From an uncultured delta proteobacterium (GTDB lineage Bacteria > Desulfobacterota > Binatia > UBA9968): 64,000 nt of DNA. The stretch lies in contig CAVUVW010000011.1 of NCBI GenBank assembly GCA_963745035.1, forward strand, positions 1 to 64,000. Direction: 5' to 3'. Numbering within the stretch: position 1 is the stretch's first letter; each line of letters begins with the position of its first letter. Both the position numbers and the translations under genes were made by a program. Under the pieces are notes generated by a model that worked only from the letters and a program-made list of their open reading frames with translations, did no database searches and was not told the origin of the DNA. Of the stretch, positions 9,520 through 20,335 are shown in pieces.

Positions 9520-10557
9520 TTACCGTGCCGGCAGCGGCTCCGCGCCGGCAATTTTCTTGTATAGCTCGATGATCTCGGGCTCGCGGGGGATTTCTTTGAT
9601 TACGTTTTCATGGTCTTCGGGGAGGAGAGGCGACGCGTCATCGCCGGTGAGCTTTTTATAGTCGCGCAAAAATTCCGGGTCTTTGTAGGTTTTCCGAAAT
9701 GCCTCTTGGACCATAGCGACCCGATCCTTGGGAGTTCCCGGCGGTAGGACCGAGGGTCCACCGGCCACTCTGAAAGCGCGCGACAAAATGATCACCTTAC
9801 GCTCTCTATCCGATCTGGCAAAGCTTTCCAGCTCAGGAAGCTGCTTGAACTGGGGATGTTTGTCGCCCTTGGGGATTTCCAAGATCGCGTGAAAGTCCAC
9901 CAATCCGCCGGCGAGCCAGTCCGGGTTCCGTTGCGCGACCGAATCGGCCGCCGTCGCCCGAGCATCGACCTCCCCGCGCATGAGCGCCTGGTCGATTTCC
10001 GGCCCAGCGTAGCCGGCGATAAATTTGGGGTCCTTGAGACCAAGAATGTAGGCGAAGAGGCGACCTTCATTGTAGGTAGAGAAACCCACGGATTGGCCGC
10101 CGATCCTGACTCCGGAAGCGGCGGTGAGTTTCTCAATGCTGCTCAAGCCTGCCTGTCTCCTGCTTAAAAAGAGCGGGTGATACGAGCTGTAAGGTGACCC
10201 CAGATAAAAAAACTTATCGAGATCGTAAAGAACTCCCGATTCTCCGAGCACCGCGGCAGCAACCATGCCGAGCCCGGGGTTACCGATCATCAAGCCGTCA
10301 GGCCGAGCAGACCGGTAGACATGATTGGCGGCCTTTCGACCGCCGCCGCCGGGCATATACTCGTTGACAATATTCGGGTTTCCCGGAATGTATTTCTGCA
10401 GGAAAGGTATCATCGCTCTAACCCGCATATCGCCCGTGCCGCCCGGATCACGGCCGTGAATGATGGTAATTGTCTTGCCTTGATAATACGGAGTCTGGGC
10501 GAACGCGGAAGTCAGTAAGAATAAAGTGTAAGTGATGAGAGCAAATAGTTTCAGCAT
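9520..10557 (-). CDS. TctC/Bug family substrate-binding protein (copy 6)
   Basis: Same motifs as paralogues. Confidence 0.9.
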   Translation of the reverse strand: MLKLFALITYTLFLLTSAFAQTPYYQGKTITIIHGRDPGGTGDMRVRAMIPFLQKYIPGNPNIVNEYMPGGGGRKAANHVYRSARPDGLMIGNPGLGMVAAAVLGESGVLYDLDKFFYLGSPYSSYHPLFLSRRQAGLSSIEKLTAASGVRIGGQSVGFSTYNEGRLFAYILGLKDPKFIAGYAGPEIDQALMRGEVDARATAADSVAQRNPDWLAGGLVDFHAILEIPKGDKHPQFKQLPELESFARSDRERKVIILSRAFRVAGGPSVLPPGTPKDRVAMVQEAFRKTYKDPEFLRDYKKLTGDDASPLLPEDHENVIKEIPREPEIIELYKKIAGAEPLPAR

Positions 10558-10573
10558 ACCCTCCTCTTTACAG

Positions 10574-10695
10574 GTTCAAAAAGTTCAAGTCGTTCAACCG
10601 CTACGCTTCGTTCAATCCCTACCTTTGTCCCCCGCGATGCGGGGGAAGATATAGGAGGGGGCTTGATCGGTTTGAACTTTTTGAACGATTTGAAC
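10574..10695. repeat. GTTCAA/TTGAAC REP-like element, empty variant
   Basis: Arms plus TCCCCCGCGATGCGGGGGA hairpin; left arm reads CCTACCT instead of CCTCCT. Confidence 0.8.
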
Positions 10696-10704
10696 CATTC
10701 CAAT

Positions 10705-11778
10705 TCACCGCGGCGGCAGCGGGCCGGCGCCGGAGAATTTTTTCACCAACTCCAAGACCTCGGGCTCACGCGGCATTTCCTTAACCAGCCGAGTCAACTC
10801 TGCCGCTCCCAGGGGCGAAGGATCGTCGTCGACAAGTTTTCTGAAGTACTTTGGGAACTCTGGATCTCTATAGGTCTTGCGCATCGCTTCTTCGAGAATC
10901 TCAACTTTGTCCTTGGGCGTTCCGGGAGGCAAGATGTAAGGCGATCCCACGCCGCGGAAAGCACGCCAGACAGTAAGAACCTTTTTTTCCCTTTCGGTCT
11001 TGGCGAAAGCTTCTATCTCAGGAAGATGAGTAAGGCGAGGATGCTTGACCCCTTTCGGGATCTCCATAATGGCATGGAAGTTCATTATTTTCTTGTCCAA
11101 CCATTCCGGATTACGGCGCAAAACCGATATGGCTGCATTGGCTCTGGCATCGAGCTCTCCGTTGGTCAGCGCGACGTCCACCTCGGTGGATGTGTAACCG
11201 ACAATAAACTTCGGATCCTTCATCTCCAGGAAATACGCAAAGAAACGCCCCGCAACGTAGGATGTATGACCGACGGTCTGTCCGCCGATCCTAATCCCAG
11301 GTTTGGCCTTTAGCTTCTCCAAGTTGTCCAGGCCTAGTTCCGCTCTCGTGTAAACGACGGCGTGGTTTTCACTCTCTGGAGTACCGAGATAGATGAATTT
11401 GTCGACATCATAGGAGACGCCTTGCTCACGCATGATGCCCAAGCCCACGATTGCCCCGCTGCCGCCGCCTATGGTGAGCCCATCAGGGCGCGCCGATTGA
11501 TAGAGGTGATTTGCCCCTTTCCGACCGCCGCCGCCGTCCATGTACTCAATCACGATGGTGGGGTTTCCGGGAATGTGTTTTTTCAAAAAAGGAACCACCG
11601 CTTTTACTCGAAGGTCTCCGCTTCCGCCCGGCGCCGTGAACGCGACGACGGTGATGGTTTTGCCTTCGTAAAAATTAGTTTGGCAGCGCGCGTGAGTCGA
11701 TAGAAATCCTAGAGAAAGAACTGAGCCGGTCAGGAGCATCGATAGTGACGAGAATCTGCATTTGCAATTCTTCATCAT
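10705..11778 (-). CDS. TctC/Bug family substrate-binding protein (copy 7)
   Basis: Same motifs; close to copy 8. Confidence 0.9.
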   Translation of the reverse strand: MMKNCKCRFSSLSMLLTGSVLSLGFLSTHARCQTNFYEGKTITVVAFTAPGGSGDLRVKAVVPFLKKHIPGNPTIVIEYMDGGGGRKGANHLYQSARPDGLTIGGGSGAIVGLGIMREQGVSYDVDKFIYLGTPESENHAVVYTRAELGLDNLEKLKAKPGIRIGGQTVGHTSYVAGRFFAYFLEMKDPKFIVGYTSTEVDVALTNGELDARANAAISVLRRNPEWLDKKIMNFHAIMEIPKGVKHPRLTHLPEIEAFAKTEREKKVLTVWRAFRGVGSPYILPPGTPKDKVEILEEAMRKTYRDPEFPKYFRKLVDDDPSPLGAAELTRLVKEMPREPEVLELVKKFSGAGPLPPR

Positions 11779-11797
11779 CCCTCCTTAGGCCCGGCGC

Positions 11798-12865
11798 TCA
11801 CCTCGGCGGCAACGAGCCGGCGCCGGAAAGAACTTTTATCAATTCGATAATTTCCGGATCGCGCGGTGTTTCTCTAATCAGCTTGGTTAATTCCTCGGGC
11901 ATCATCGGCTCCATTTCCTCGCCGACCAACTTCAAAAACTCACGGTTCAACTCGGCGTCTGTGAGAGCCTTGCGCATGGCGTCCTGGAGAGTCGCGGCGC
12001 GCTCCTTCGGCGTTCCCGGCGGCAGCACGTACGGCGAACCGACGGATCTGAAGACGCGCCAGACCTCGAGAAGCTTCTTCTCGCGGTCGTTTCTCACAAA
12101 GCTCTCGATCTCGGGAAGGTGACTGAGGCGAGGATGCTTGGCGCCTTTGGGGACTTCCATGATGGCATGAAAGTCCATCACGCCCTTGTCCAGCCAATCG
12201 GAGTTGCGCCGCAAGACCGACACGGCCGCATTCGCCCTAGCGTCGAGCTCGCCGCGCAACAACGCGGCGTCCACTTCCGGCGCGGTGTAGCCGGCGATGA
12301 ATTTGGGATCCTTGAAGTCGAGGAAATAGGCGAAGAATCGTCCCGCTATGTACGAAACGTGTCCCACAGTCTGGGCGCCGATGCGCAGGCCCGGCTTGGC
12401 GCGGAGCTTTTCAAGGCTGTTCAGGCCCAGATCTTTGCGCGTGTAGATCGTTTGATGGCCGGGGGTTTCCGGCGCGCCCAGATAGATGAATTTATCGAGA
12501 TCGTAGAGGACGCCGCTTTCGCGCATGATGTTGAGCGAAATGACGCCGCTGCTCATGGCGCCGATTGTAAGTCCGTCGGGCTTGGCGTTGCGAAACATGT
12601 AGTTGGCGGCTTTGCGACCGCCACCGCCGTCCATGTACTCGAGCACCAAGGTGGGATTTCCCGGGATATGCCTTTTTAGAAAAGGCATCAGCGCTTTTAT
12701 GCGGAGATCGCCGGTTCCCGCGGGCGAGGTGCTGACGATGACAGTGATGGTCTTGCCTTGATAGAAAGGCGCCTGGGCGTAGGCGTAACCCGACGGGAGA
12801 CTGGCAACGATGATGCATGCGGCAAATAGAATCCAACTCCAGCTCTTACGCTTGTGAGTTGTCAT
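11798..12865 (-). CDS. TctC/Bug family substrate-binding protein (copy 8)
   Basis: Same motifs. Confidence 0.9.
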   Translation of the reverse strand: MTTHKRKSWSWILFAACIIVASLPSGYAYAQAPFYQGKTITVIVSTSPAGTGDLRIKALMPFLKRHIPGNPTLVLEYMDGGGGRKAANYMFRNAKPDGLTIGAMSSGVISLNIMRESGVLYDLDKFIYLGAPETPGHQTIYTRKDLGLNSLEKLRAKPGLRIGAQTVGHVSYIAGRFFAYFLDFKDPKFIAGYTAPEVDAALLRGELDARANAAVSVLRRNSDWLDKGVMDFHAIMEVPKGAKHPRLSHLPEIESFVRNDREKKLLEVWRVFRSVGSPYVLPPGTPKERAATLQDAMRKALTDAELNREFLKLVGEEMEPMMPEELTKLIRETPRDPEIIELIKVLSGAGSLPPR

Positions 12866-12886
12866 CGTCGTGCTCCGTCAAAAGTC

Positions 12887-13012
12887 AGGAGTTGAAAAAC
12901 TCGCTCGGAGTCCTTCGACAGGCTCAGGACGAGCGGACATAAGTTGAAACAACTGAAAAAAATCCGCGCATGCCGAGCTAGTCGAAGCATGGAAGTCGTT
13001 TTTCAATAGCCT
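12887..13012. repeat. MITE-like element with TTGAAAAAC / GTTTTTCAA ends enclosing a CCTTCGACAGGCTCAGG repeat
   Basis: Inverted ends AGGAGTTGAAAAAC / GTTTTTCAATAGCCT; inner TTCGAC..GTCGAA pair. Confidence 0.55.
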
Positions 13013-13077
13013 TTAGCAGTTAGAAATGATGCAAATCGGTCTTACTGCTTACTCCTTACTATTTACTCTTTGCTTCG

Positions 13078-14152
13078 TTATCCCCGCGGCGGCAATTTCT
13101 TGGGCCCCGCAAGGATTTTGAATAACTCGATCGCGTCGGGATCGCGCGGCACTTCTTTGATGGCCTTTTCATGGTTTTCCGGCAGCAGCGGCGTTGGATC
13201 GTCGGCGGTGAGTTTTCTATACTCTTTGGCGAAATCCGGATCCAGATAGGTTTTGCGGAAAGCCTCCTTCAACGTGTCGACCCGGTCCTTCGGTGTTCCC
13301 GGCGGCAGCACGAAGGGCGTGCCCGTGACGCGGAAACCCCGCTGCAAGGCAAGCATCTTACGCTCGCGGTCGTTCTTGGCGAAGGTTTCGATCTCGGGAA
13401 GCTTGGCAAAGACAGGATGGGGATGCTTGTCGCCTTTCGGAGTTTCCATAATCGCATGAATGTTGACCAGACCTTTTTCGAGCCATTCCTTATTGCGCGA
13501 CAGGATAGTATCAGGCCCGGTGGCGCGGCCGTCGATCTCGCCGCGCATCATTGCCGGGTCGAGTTCTGCGCCGCCGAAGGCGGCGATGAAAAGCGCGTCC
13601 TTCAAGCCCAGCATGTAGGTGAAAAGACGCCCTTCATTGTACGTGGAGAAGCCGACCGACTGCCCGCCGATCTTGACGCCGCTGGCGGCGCGCAGCTTGT
13701 CGAGGGTGTCGAAGCCGGCGTCTTTGCGGGTGACAAACACCGAATGGTAAGTGCTGTAGGGCGAGCCGAGGTAATGAAACTTATCGATATCATACAGCAC
13801 GCCGGATTCACCGAGGATGGCGAGCGACACCATGCCCGAGCTCAAGTTGCCGATGGTCAGGCCGTCGGGACGGGACGAGCGAAAAACGTGGTTGGCGGCC
13901 TTGCGGCTGCCGCCGCCCGGCATGAATTCCATCAACGATCGTCGGGTTCCCCGGAATGTATTTTTGCAAGAATGGCACGAGAGCGCGCACGCGGAGATCG
14001 CCGGTGCCGCCGGGATCGCGGCCCTGAATGATGGTGATGGTCTTCCCTTGAAAGAATGAAGTTTGGGCTGCCGCGGGCGCGGAAAACAATATTCCGGCCA
14101 GAGCAGTGAACAAGAAGCCTCCAAAAAAGAGGGCATGATTTTTGGCCTTCAT
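13078..14152 (-). CDS. TctC/Bug family substrate-binding protein (copy 9), 1-nt frameshift near 13935
   Basis: MKAKNH..GNPTIV in one frame, MEFMPGGGSRKAAN.. in the next. Confidence 0.85.
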
Positions 14153-14281
14153 AAACTCTCCCTTGGCGAAAGGTTTTGGCGAGGAGGTCAACTGATGCGC
14201 AGTGATATGTTGTTGTAAGGCGCACGAGAACGCACGACCTCGCTGTCTTTTCGTCTCGTAATTCCAGTCGGCGCGTTTGCA

Positions 14282-15316
14282 CTACTTGGGTCCCAACACT
14301 TTCTTCAAGCGGTCGATGACTTCCGGCGGTTGGCTCGTCAGCTCCTTGGCCAGAGTCTGGAGCTCTTCGCCGGCTACCGGGTCAAACTCGTAGTTGCGCT
14401 TTTTCACTTCCGCGCGGAACTGCTCATCGGCCATGGTTTTCGCATACGCGTCCCGCAAAGTTTTCAGCAGATCGGCCGGCAGGCCGGGAGGGCCGAACAT
14501 GGGCCGGCCCATGTCGTCGGCGCCGAGCAGCACGGTAGCCAAGCCGCGGCCCGATTGATTTGTTTTGTACTTATCCATGATTTCGAAGACAGTCGGAGTC
14601 TGCGGCAATCGAGCGTCGCGGGTTTTGCCGGTCTGAAAGAGATGATGCACGAAACCGTTCTTGCGCCAGGTGTGATAGGGTTCGCGGCCGAAAAACGCCT
14701 CGATCGTGAAGGCGCGGCAATGGATCTCGCCGCGCTCGACGCCAAGGTCGATATCGGTTCCGCCGGGATAGCCGGTGACGATGTTGAACTTGGCGCCGAC
14801 AGTTTCTTGCATGAGTTTTGGCAAATAGGAATCCGGCCCGGTAACGCCGGTTGCGCCGCATTTCGGCGGCTCCTTGGCGGTGCGCACGTCCTCGATCGTT
14901 TTGTATGGACTGTCTGCGCGCATGTACATCTGGCTGGAGCCGCGAGCCGGCGAGCCGATCCAGCTGAACTTGGCCCATTCAAACTGGATCTCCGAGCGGC
15001 CGATAATTTGATTAAGATAGAGCGACGGGATAACCGAACCGATGATCGTCAGTCCGTCCGGCTTCACATTGGAATAGAGGTGATTGACCGCGACGACGTG
15101 GCCGGCGCCGGGCATGTTCTGCACGATGAAACTAGGATTGCCCGGAAGATGTTTTCCCATATGCTCGACGATCAGACGTGCCCAGAGATCGTAGAGGTTA
15201 CCGGGCGGCGTACCGACAATGACGCGGACGGTTTTTCCCTGATAGAAGGGCGCTTGAGCGTGCGCGTTGGCAGTCCAAAGGAGTGCCGAAAGGATCAACA
15301 GCAACGCTTTCCTCAT
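14282..15316 (-). CDS. TctC/Bug family substrate-binding protein (copy 10, QNMPGAG subtype)
   Basis: QNMPGAG, KCGATG, GYPGG, HCRAF. Confidence 0.9.
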   Translation of the reverse strand: MRKALLLILSALLWTANAHAQAPFYQGKTVRVIVGTPPGNLYDLWARLIVEHMGKHLPGNPSFIVQNMPGAGHVVAVNHLYSNVKPDGLTIIGSVIPSLYLNQIIGRSEIQFEWAKFSWIGSPARGSSQMYMRADSPYKTIEDVRTAKEPPKCGATGVTGPDSYLPKLMQETVGAKFNIVTGYPGGTDIDLGVERGEIHCRAFTIEAFFGREPYHTWRKNGFVHHLFQTGKTRDARLPQTPTVFEIMDKYKTNQSGRGLATVLLGADDMGRPMFGPPGLPADLLKTLRDAYAKTMADEQFRAEVKKRNYEFDPVAGEELQTLAKELTSQPPEVIDRLKKVLGPK

Positions 15317-15480
15317 GTTGAGCCTCCGCAACTGAAATTTCGGATCAAATCGCCCCCACTCGCGCTCTTAGTCGAGTCGCGCCAACGATTACCTAAAAGC
15401 AGAGGTTCGGTCAAGGGACCGGGAAGCCGTGAGGCGCGAGGCCTGAGGCGAAAGTTTTCGGAATAAATGACGCTGTCGCT

Positions 15481-16881
15481 TTATTCGTCTTTGGCGGCCA
15501 ACGCAGACTTTAGGATTTTTCCCGTGGGACCTTTGGGAAGTTCCGTCAGGATGTGAATTCTCCGCGGATACTTGTAGCGCGCGAGATGTTCTTTGCAGTA
15601 GTCGTGCAGTTCCTCGGAGGAAAGACGCTGCGCGCGTTTCAGACTGACGAAGGCCGCAACTTCTTCGCCCAGATCGGCATCGGCTACGCCGACGACTGCC
15701 GCCTCGGCGACAGCCGGATGGGAGACCAGAACCGCTTCAATCTCTTGCGGGAAGACGGAATAGCCGCCGCGCAGAATGCGCTCGCGCTTTCTGCCGACGA
15801 TTTGAACGTAGCCGTCCGAAGAGACGGTCGCGAGATCGCCGGTTTTGAACCAACCATTGGAGATAACCTCGTTGGTTTCCTCCGGAGCATCCAAGTAGCC
15901 GTCCATCATCGCCGGCGACTTGATCCAGAGCTCGCCGATATTATCGCGAGTGGCCCCGTCGTCGAACTCCAGCTTGATCTCGACATCCGGCACCGCTTTG
16001 CCGACGGCGTTAGGCACCTCATGGGTTTCGCCGGCACGAAAGGACAACGGCCGGAAGAGCTCCGTCATGCCGTAGCCGCGCACAATGCGTGTTCCTGATT
16101 TTTCGCGCCACTCGACCGCTAACTCCCATGGGCATGGCGCGGCTCCGGCCACCGCCCATCGCAGGCTTGAGAAATCGCATCCGGCAAAAGACGGCGAGTT
16201 GAGCAGGCGACGAAAGATCGTCGCTACGCCCGGCAGCACAGTTACCCGATGCGCACTGATTGCGGCGAACACCGCTTCCGGGGTGAACCGCTCGAGGATC
16301 ACGATTGTTGCGCCGGTGAGAAGCGGTGCCAGGAGGCCGCCGTTGAGCCCCAGAGAGTGCGCCAACGGCACGGCGACCAACACCGTGTCATCGGCGGTAA
16401 GCCCCATAACCGGCTCGGCCCAGGAGTGATTGGCAAACGTCAACGCGTCATGGCTGAAGACGGCGCCCTTCGGCCGTCCGGTGCTGCCGGAGGTGTAGAG
16501 AATCAACGATGGAGCATCGACTTCTTCGGCCGTCCGCCAAGGTCCGCCGCTCGTCGCAACTCGATCGATGCTTAATTTCGGCCGGAGATCCGCTTTGAAC
16601 GCGGCGAGCTCTTCCTCTTTGACTTGTGGGTTGAGCGGCGCAGGCGTTGCGCCGAGCTTGAGAATAGCCAGAAACGCGATGACGAAGTCGATTCCATTGG
16701 GGAGCAGGATCGCGACGCGATCGCCGGCAACGACGCCTCGAGTCGAAAGATCGCTCGCGAAGCCCGATGCGAAAGCGTCGAGCTCGGACCACGTCACTGT
16801 GCGATTGTCCGCGATGAGAGCTGGTTTGGCGCCGAAGCGGCGCGCGTTGGCTTCGACGGCGCAGACGAAGTTGGGTTGCAT
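15481..16881 (-). CDS. acyl/aryl-CoA synthetase (AMP-forming, class I adenylating enzyme)
   Basis: YTSGSTGRPKG, GYGMTE, WFKTGD, LPKGPTGKILK; track N-terminal extension is repeat-derived. Confidence 0.9.
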   Translation of the reverse strand: MQPNFVCAVEANARRFGAKPALIADNRTVTWSELDAFASGFASDLSTRGVVAGDRVAILLPNGIDFVIAFLAILKLGATPAPLNPQVKEEELAAFKADLRPKLSIDRVATSGGPWRTAEEVDAPSLILYTSGSTGRPKGAVFSHDALTFANHSWAEPVMGLTADDTVLVAVPLAHSLGLNGGLLAPLLTGATIVILERFTPEAVFAAISAHRVTVLPGVATIFRRLLNSPSFAGCDFSSLRWAVAGAAPCPWELAVEWREKSGTRIVRGYGMTELFRPLSFRAGETHEVPNAVGKAVPDVEIKLEFDDGATRDNIGELWIKSPAMMDGYLDAPEETNEVISNGWFKTGDLATVSSDGYVQIVGRKRERILRGGYSVFPQEIEAVLVSHPAVAEAAVVGVADADLGEEVAAFVSLKRAQRLSSEELHDYCKEHLARYKYPRRIHILTELPKGPTGKILKSALAAKDE

Positions 16882-16890
16882 GGCTATACT

Positions 16891-16978
16891 GGGAGTATTG
16901 GAGTACTGGAGTGATGGAGTGATGCGAAGGATTTCCGGACCCAACACTCCACTACTCCAAGACTCCATTACTCCAACT
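16891..16978. repeat. inverted 8-nt-period repeat arms (TGGAGT(n) / ACTCCA(n))
   Basis: GGAGTATTGGAGTACTGGAGTGATGGAGT ... ACTCCACTACTCCAAGACTCCATTACTCCAA. Confidence 0.8.
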
Positions 16979-16981
16979 CGC

Positions 16982-18340
16982 TTACTTGCCGGTGAAATCT
17001 TTCAGGTTAATCCGCTGCCAGACTTCTTTCGGGATGCGATGGCGCGGCGTAAACGCCCCCAGCGACGGCTTTGCCGTGGCGTCCACGCCCCACTTGGCGG
17101 TGTTGCCGTCCTCCTTGGTCGATGGATCGAGGTCGGAGCCGCGGGCATTGGAAATAGTAACGATGTCGCGGTCCGGCTGGCAGCGCGTCGCGATGGCCCA
17201 GTTGACCTCGCGCTCATTGAAGACGTCCACGTCGTGGTCGACCACCACAACCCGTTTCATGTACAGATCGGCGCCGAGCACGGCAAGAATCGCATTCTTG
17301 GCCTGGCCTGAGATGCGCTGTTCGATCGAAACGTAGCAGGTAAACGGCGCCGGCACGCGCACGGCTTTCACCGTCGGCACCATGGCGCGCACGGCGCGGT
17401 AAAGATTCGCCTCGATGGGCGTGGTGGAAAGCATCAGGTGATCGAGATGTCCCACGGTGATGTCTTGAAAGATCGCATCGCGCCGATGGGTGATTGCGCG
17501 CACCTTGAGAACTTCGCGTTGGCGCTCGCCGAGGCTGTAGCCGGTGAACTCGCCGAAAGGGCCCTCTGCGGTGCGCTCGTGCGGTAAAATCTCTCCTTCG
17601 ATGATCATTTCCGCATGCGCTGGAACAAGCAGGTCGGAAGTCTCGCACTTGAGGAGCTCCAGCGGCTCGCCGAGCAGCCCGCCCATGATCGCGCGCTCGT
17701 CCTCATCGATGGAGCCGATGGCGAGACAGCCGAGCGCGATGGCCGGATGAACACCGATGGCGAACGCCACAGGAAGCGCTTTTTTCTGCGCTTCGGCGGC
17801 GCGCTGAAATTCCCATAGATGCTTCGCCAAGGTGAGATGAATCGAAGTCGTGTCGCGGCCCTGGATCATGAGCCGGTTGTAGGCGCAGTTCCAGGTGTCG
17901 CCGCTCGGATCCTTTGCAAATGAAATAGCGGCCGTGATGTAGGGACCGGCGTCCTCTTGGTGGTGCAGAATTTGCGGCAGCTTGTAAAGATCGATTTTGT
18001 CGCCGTTGAGAATGACCTCCTTCACCGGAGCTTTAGCGACGAGCTTTGGCGGAAGCGGTTTCTCCATGGCGCCGAGATAAGCGCGCTGCATTTCGTCTGG
18101 TTTGGCATGGATCGCCGCCGCCAATCGCGAGCGCCCGGCGTGAAGATTGGTCAGTACGGGAAACTTGGTACCTTTGACTTTTTCGAAAAGGATGATCGGC
18201 CGCCGCTTGGCTTCCTGCTCGAGCTTCACGGTGATCGCGGTGATCTCGAAAGCCGGATCGACTTCGCGGGAGACAACCAGAAAGTCTTCCGGGTGATCTC
18301 GTTTGACCTGTTCTAGAAAGGTGCGGAGATCTTGAGACAT
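16982..18340 (-). CDS. UbiD family prFMN-dependent (de)carboxylase
   Basis: EGPFGEFTGY, YNRL, VVDHDVD, DLDPS, DATAK. Confidence 0.92.
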   Translation of the reverse strand: MSQDLRTFLEQVKRDHPEDFLVVSREVDPAFEITAITVKLEQEAKRRPIILFEKVKGTKFPVLTNLHAGRSRLAAAIHAKPDEMQRAYLGAMEKPLPPKLVAKAPVKEVILNGDKIDLYKLPQILHHQEDAGPYITAAISFAKDPSGDTWNCAYNRLMIQGRDTTSIHLTLAKHLWEFQRAAEAQKKALPVAFAIGVHPAIALGCLAIGSIDEDERAIMGGLLGEPLELLKCETSDLLVPAHAEMIIEGEILPHERTAEGPFGEFTGYSLGERQREVLKVRAITHRRDAIFQDITVGHLDHLMLSTTPIEANLYRAVRAMVPTVKAVRVPAPFTCYVSIEQRISGQAKNAILAVLGADLYMKRVVVVDHDVDVFNEREVNWAIATRCQPDRDIVTISNARGSDLDPSTKEDGNTAKWGVDATAKPSLGAFTPRHRIPKEVWQRINLKDFTGK

Positions 18341-18528
18341 AAGTCAGTTGATCCTCACTCGACGATCTTTGGGCTTTCTGCGTCCAAAAACTGGTGACTG
18401 CAATAGGGGCAGAGGAGCTTGATCTTTTTGTGGCGGAGTTCCTGATAGTGACAATAGAATTCGCCGTTGCATTGCGGGCAGGTCACCCAAAATATTTTTG
18501 TCACAGGTCCTCCTGGCACCAGCCGATT

Positions 18529-18617
18529 TTCACCGCAGAGACGCAGAGTTCACAGAGTTCGAATATTTCATAAAGAGAAAATTCTTTCCTCCGCGCCCTC
18601 AGCGCCTCCGCGGTGAA
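18529..18617. repeat. ~85-bp MITE-like element CACCGCAGAG...CTCCGCGGTG
   Basis: Siblings at 20180-20265 (inverted), 34339-34422, 34665-34739, 34759-34833, 41428-41511. Confidence 0.85.
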
Positions 18618-18647
18618 TACTCCGAGCTCTCTATCCGTTACGGCTCG

Positions 18648-20076
18648 CTAAACCTTCGGCACTCGATCTAACACCGCGCGCGGGATGAAATCTTCGAGCC
18701 GGGTTTTTTCCATCGCCGTTTTCGGCACCGCGACCCGCGCTTCATACGGACGTTGCACCGGCTTGGTCGCGTCGATGATCATCTTTGCGGTCATGATGTT
18801 GTCGGTCTGCGACGGATCGAGCGTGTTGCCTTTGACGTTCTTGATGATGTCCACGTCCTGATCCGCTTGGACGCGTGTCGCCGTCGCCCACAGAACTTCC
18901 TCTTCGTTGTAAATATTGATGTCGGCGTCGACGACGATCACATGCTTGACGAAATCGCAGCCGCCCAGCGCGGCGAGCGCCGCTTGCTTGGTCTCGCCGT
19001 CGACTTTCTTGTCGATGGAGATGTAGCAATTGAACCGGCAGCTGCCCGAGATAGGGAAATGCACGGCTTTGACAGTCGGCACGACGCCACGGATCAAGTT
19101 GAACAGGCTTCCTTCTTTGGGAATGCCGCCGAGCACCCAGGTGTCGCGATGGCCGGTGAAGATGTGCTGGAAGATCGCGTCGCGCCGGTGGGTGATGGCT
19201 GTGACTTCGATGACGTTGCGCAGGCGCTGGGGGCCGTAGTAGCCGGTGAATTCTCCGAACGGCCCTTCGACTTCCTTCACGTTGGGCAGCACATGCCCTT
19301 CGATCACCATCTCGGCGTCGGCCGGCACCATGAAATCCTCGCCGAGAGTTTCGGAAGGCGTGAGCCGAAGCGGCGCACCCATGATGGCGCCGACTTTGGC
19401 GTAATCGTCGACGCCGAAGGGCGAGACGTTCAGCGAGCCCAAATAAAATGCCGGATGATGGCTGATGACGATCGCCACCGGTGTCGGCCGGTTTTTCTCT
19501 TCGTTCTTGCGGTGGATCTGCCAGTTGTGGCGCGGCGACATATGCAGGCCGAGCTTCCGCGGGCCTTTCACCATGTTGCGCTGGAAAGCGATATTGTAAA
19601 AGCCTTCGTCAGGGTCCTTCATCACCGGCGTCATGTCGATGTACGGCGCCGGATCCATCGCGTGATGCCGCACTACCGGCAGATCATACACATTCGCCTC
19701 GTCGCCGCGCTTGACGATCTCTTTAACCGGCGCCTGGCTTCTGGCGACGGTTACCGGAGCGAGCATCGTGTCTTCGCGGCGCGCATATTCGAGGCTCAGC
19801 GGCAATTCGCCTTCGTTGGCTTTCATGCCGAGAGACAGCGCGCAACGTTGGCGTGTGGCGAAGACGTTGCTCAAGCAGCGGGAATGCGGACGGTTTGCCG
19901 TTGAGATCCAGCGGTTTTTCAAAAAATAGGACAGGAAATTTTTTTTGATTCTCCAGGTGTTGGAGCAGGGCGGTTACTTCAAAGTCTTTAGGAGAGACAG
20001 TGCGCTCGATGCGCACGAAGTCGTGTGGGAGGCGTTCTTGCAGGTCATCGAGAAAGACTCTGAGATCCTTGCTCAT
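18648..20076 (-). CDS. UbiD family (de)carboxylase, 1-nt frameshift near 19875
   Basis: MSKDLRVFL N-terminus joined to SNVFAT..EGPFGEFTGYY..TLDPS..IIDATK. Confidence 0.88.
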
Positions 20077-20093
20077 GAAAGACTCCGTAACTT

Positions 20094-20335
20094 ATGGAGT
20101 GTTGAGTATGGGAGCATTGGAGTGTCAGCTTTAAAAGCAGGTTCTTTACGCTTCCGTGTGAAGCAGGACTCGGAGATTCCACCGCGGAGGCGCGGAGGGC
20201 GCGGAGTAAGGAGTTTTTGACTAGAAAAATACTCCGAACTCTGCGACCTCTGTTTCTCTGTGGTGAATTCTCCCGACAATCAACCGGAAGAGCCAAAAGC
20301 ATCACTCCATTACTCCATCACTCCAGTACTCCATT
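20094..20335. repeat. nested repeat: TGGAGT/ACTCCA arms enclosing a CACCGC MITE
   Basis: Arms at ~20094-20125 and ~20300-20335; MITE at 20180-20265. Confidence 0.75.

Noticed and set aside
16982-20076. Naming the UbiD pair phenylphosphate carboxylase or ubiquinone ubiD
   Set aside because: No partner subunits or ubi genes in the window; motifs support only the family
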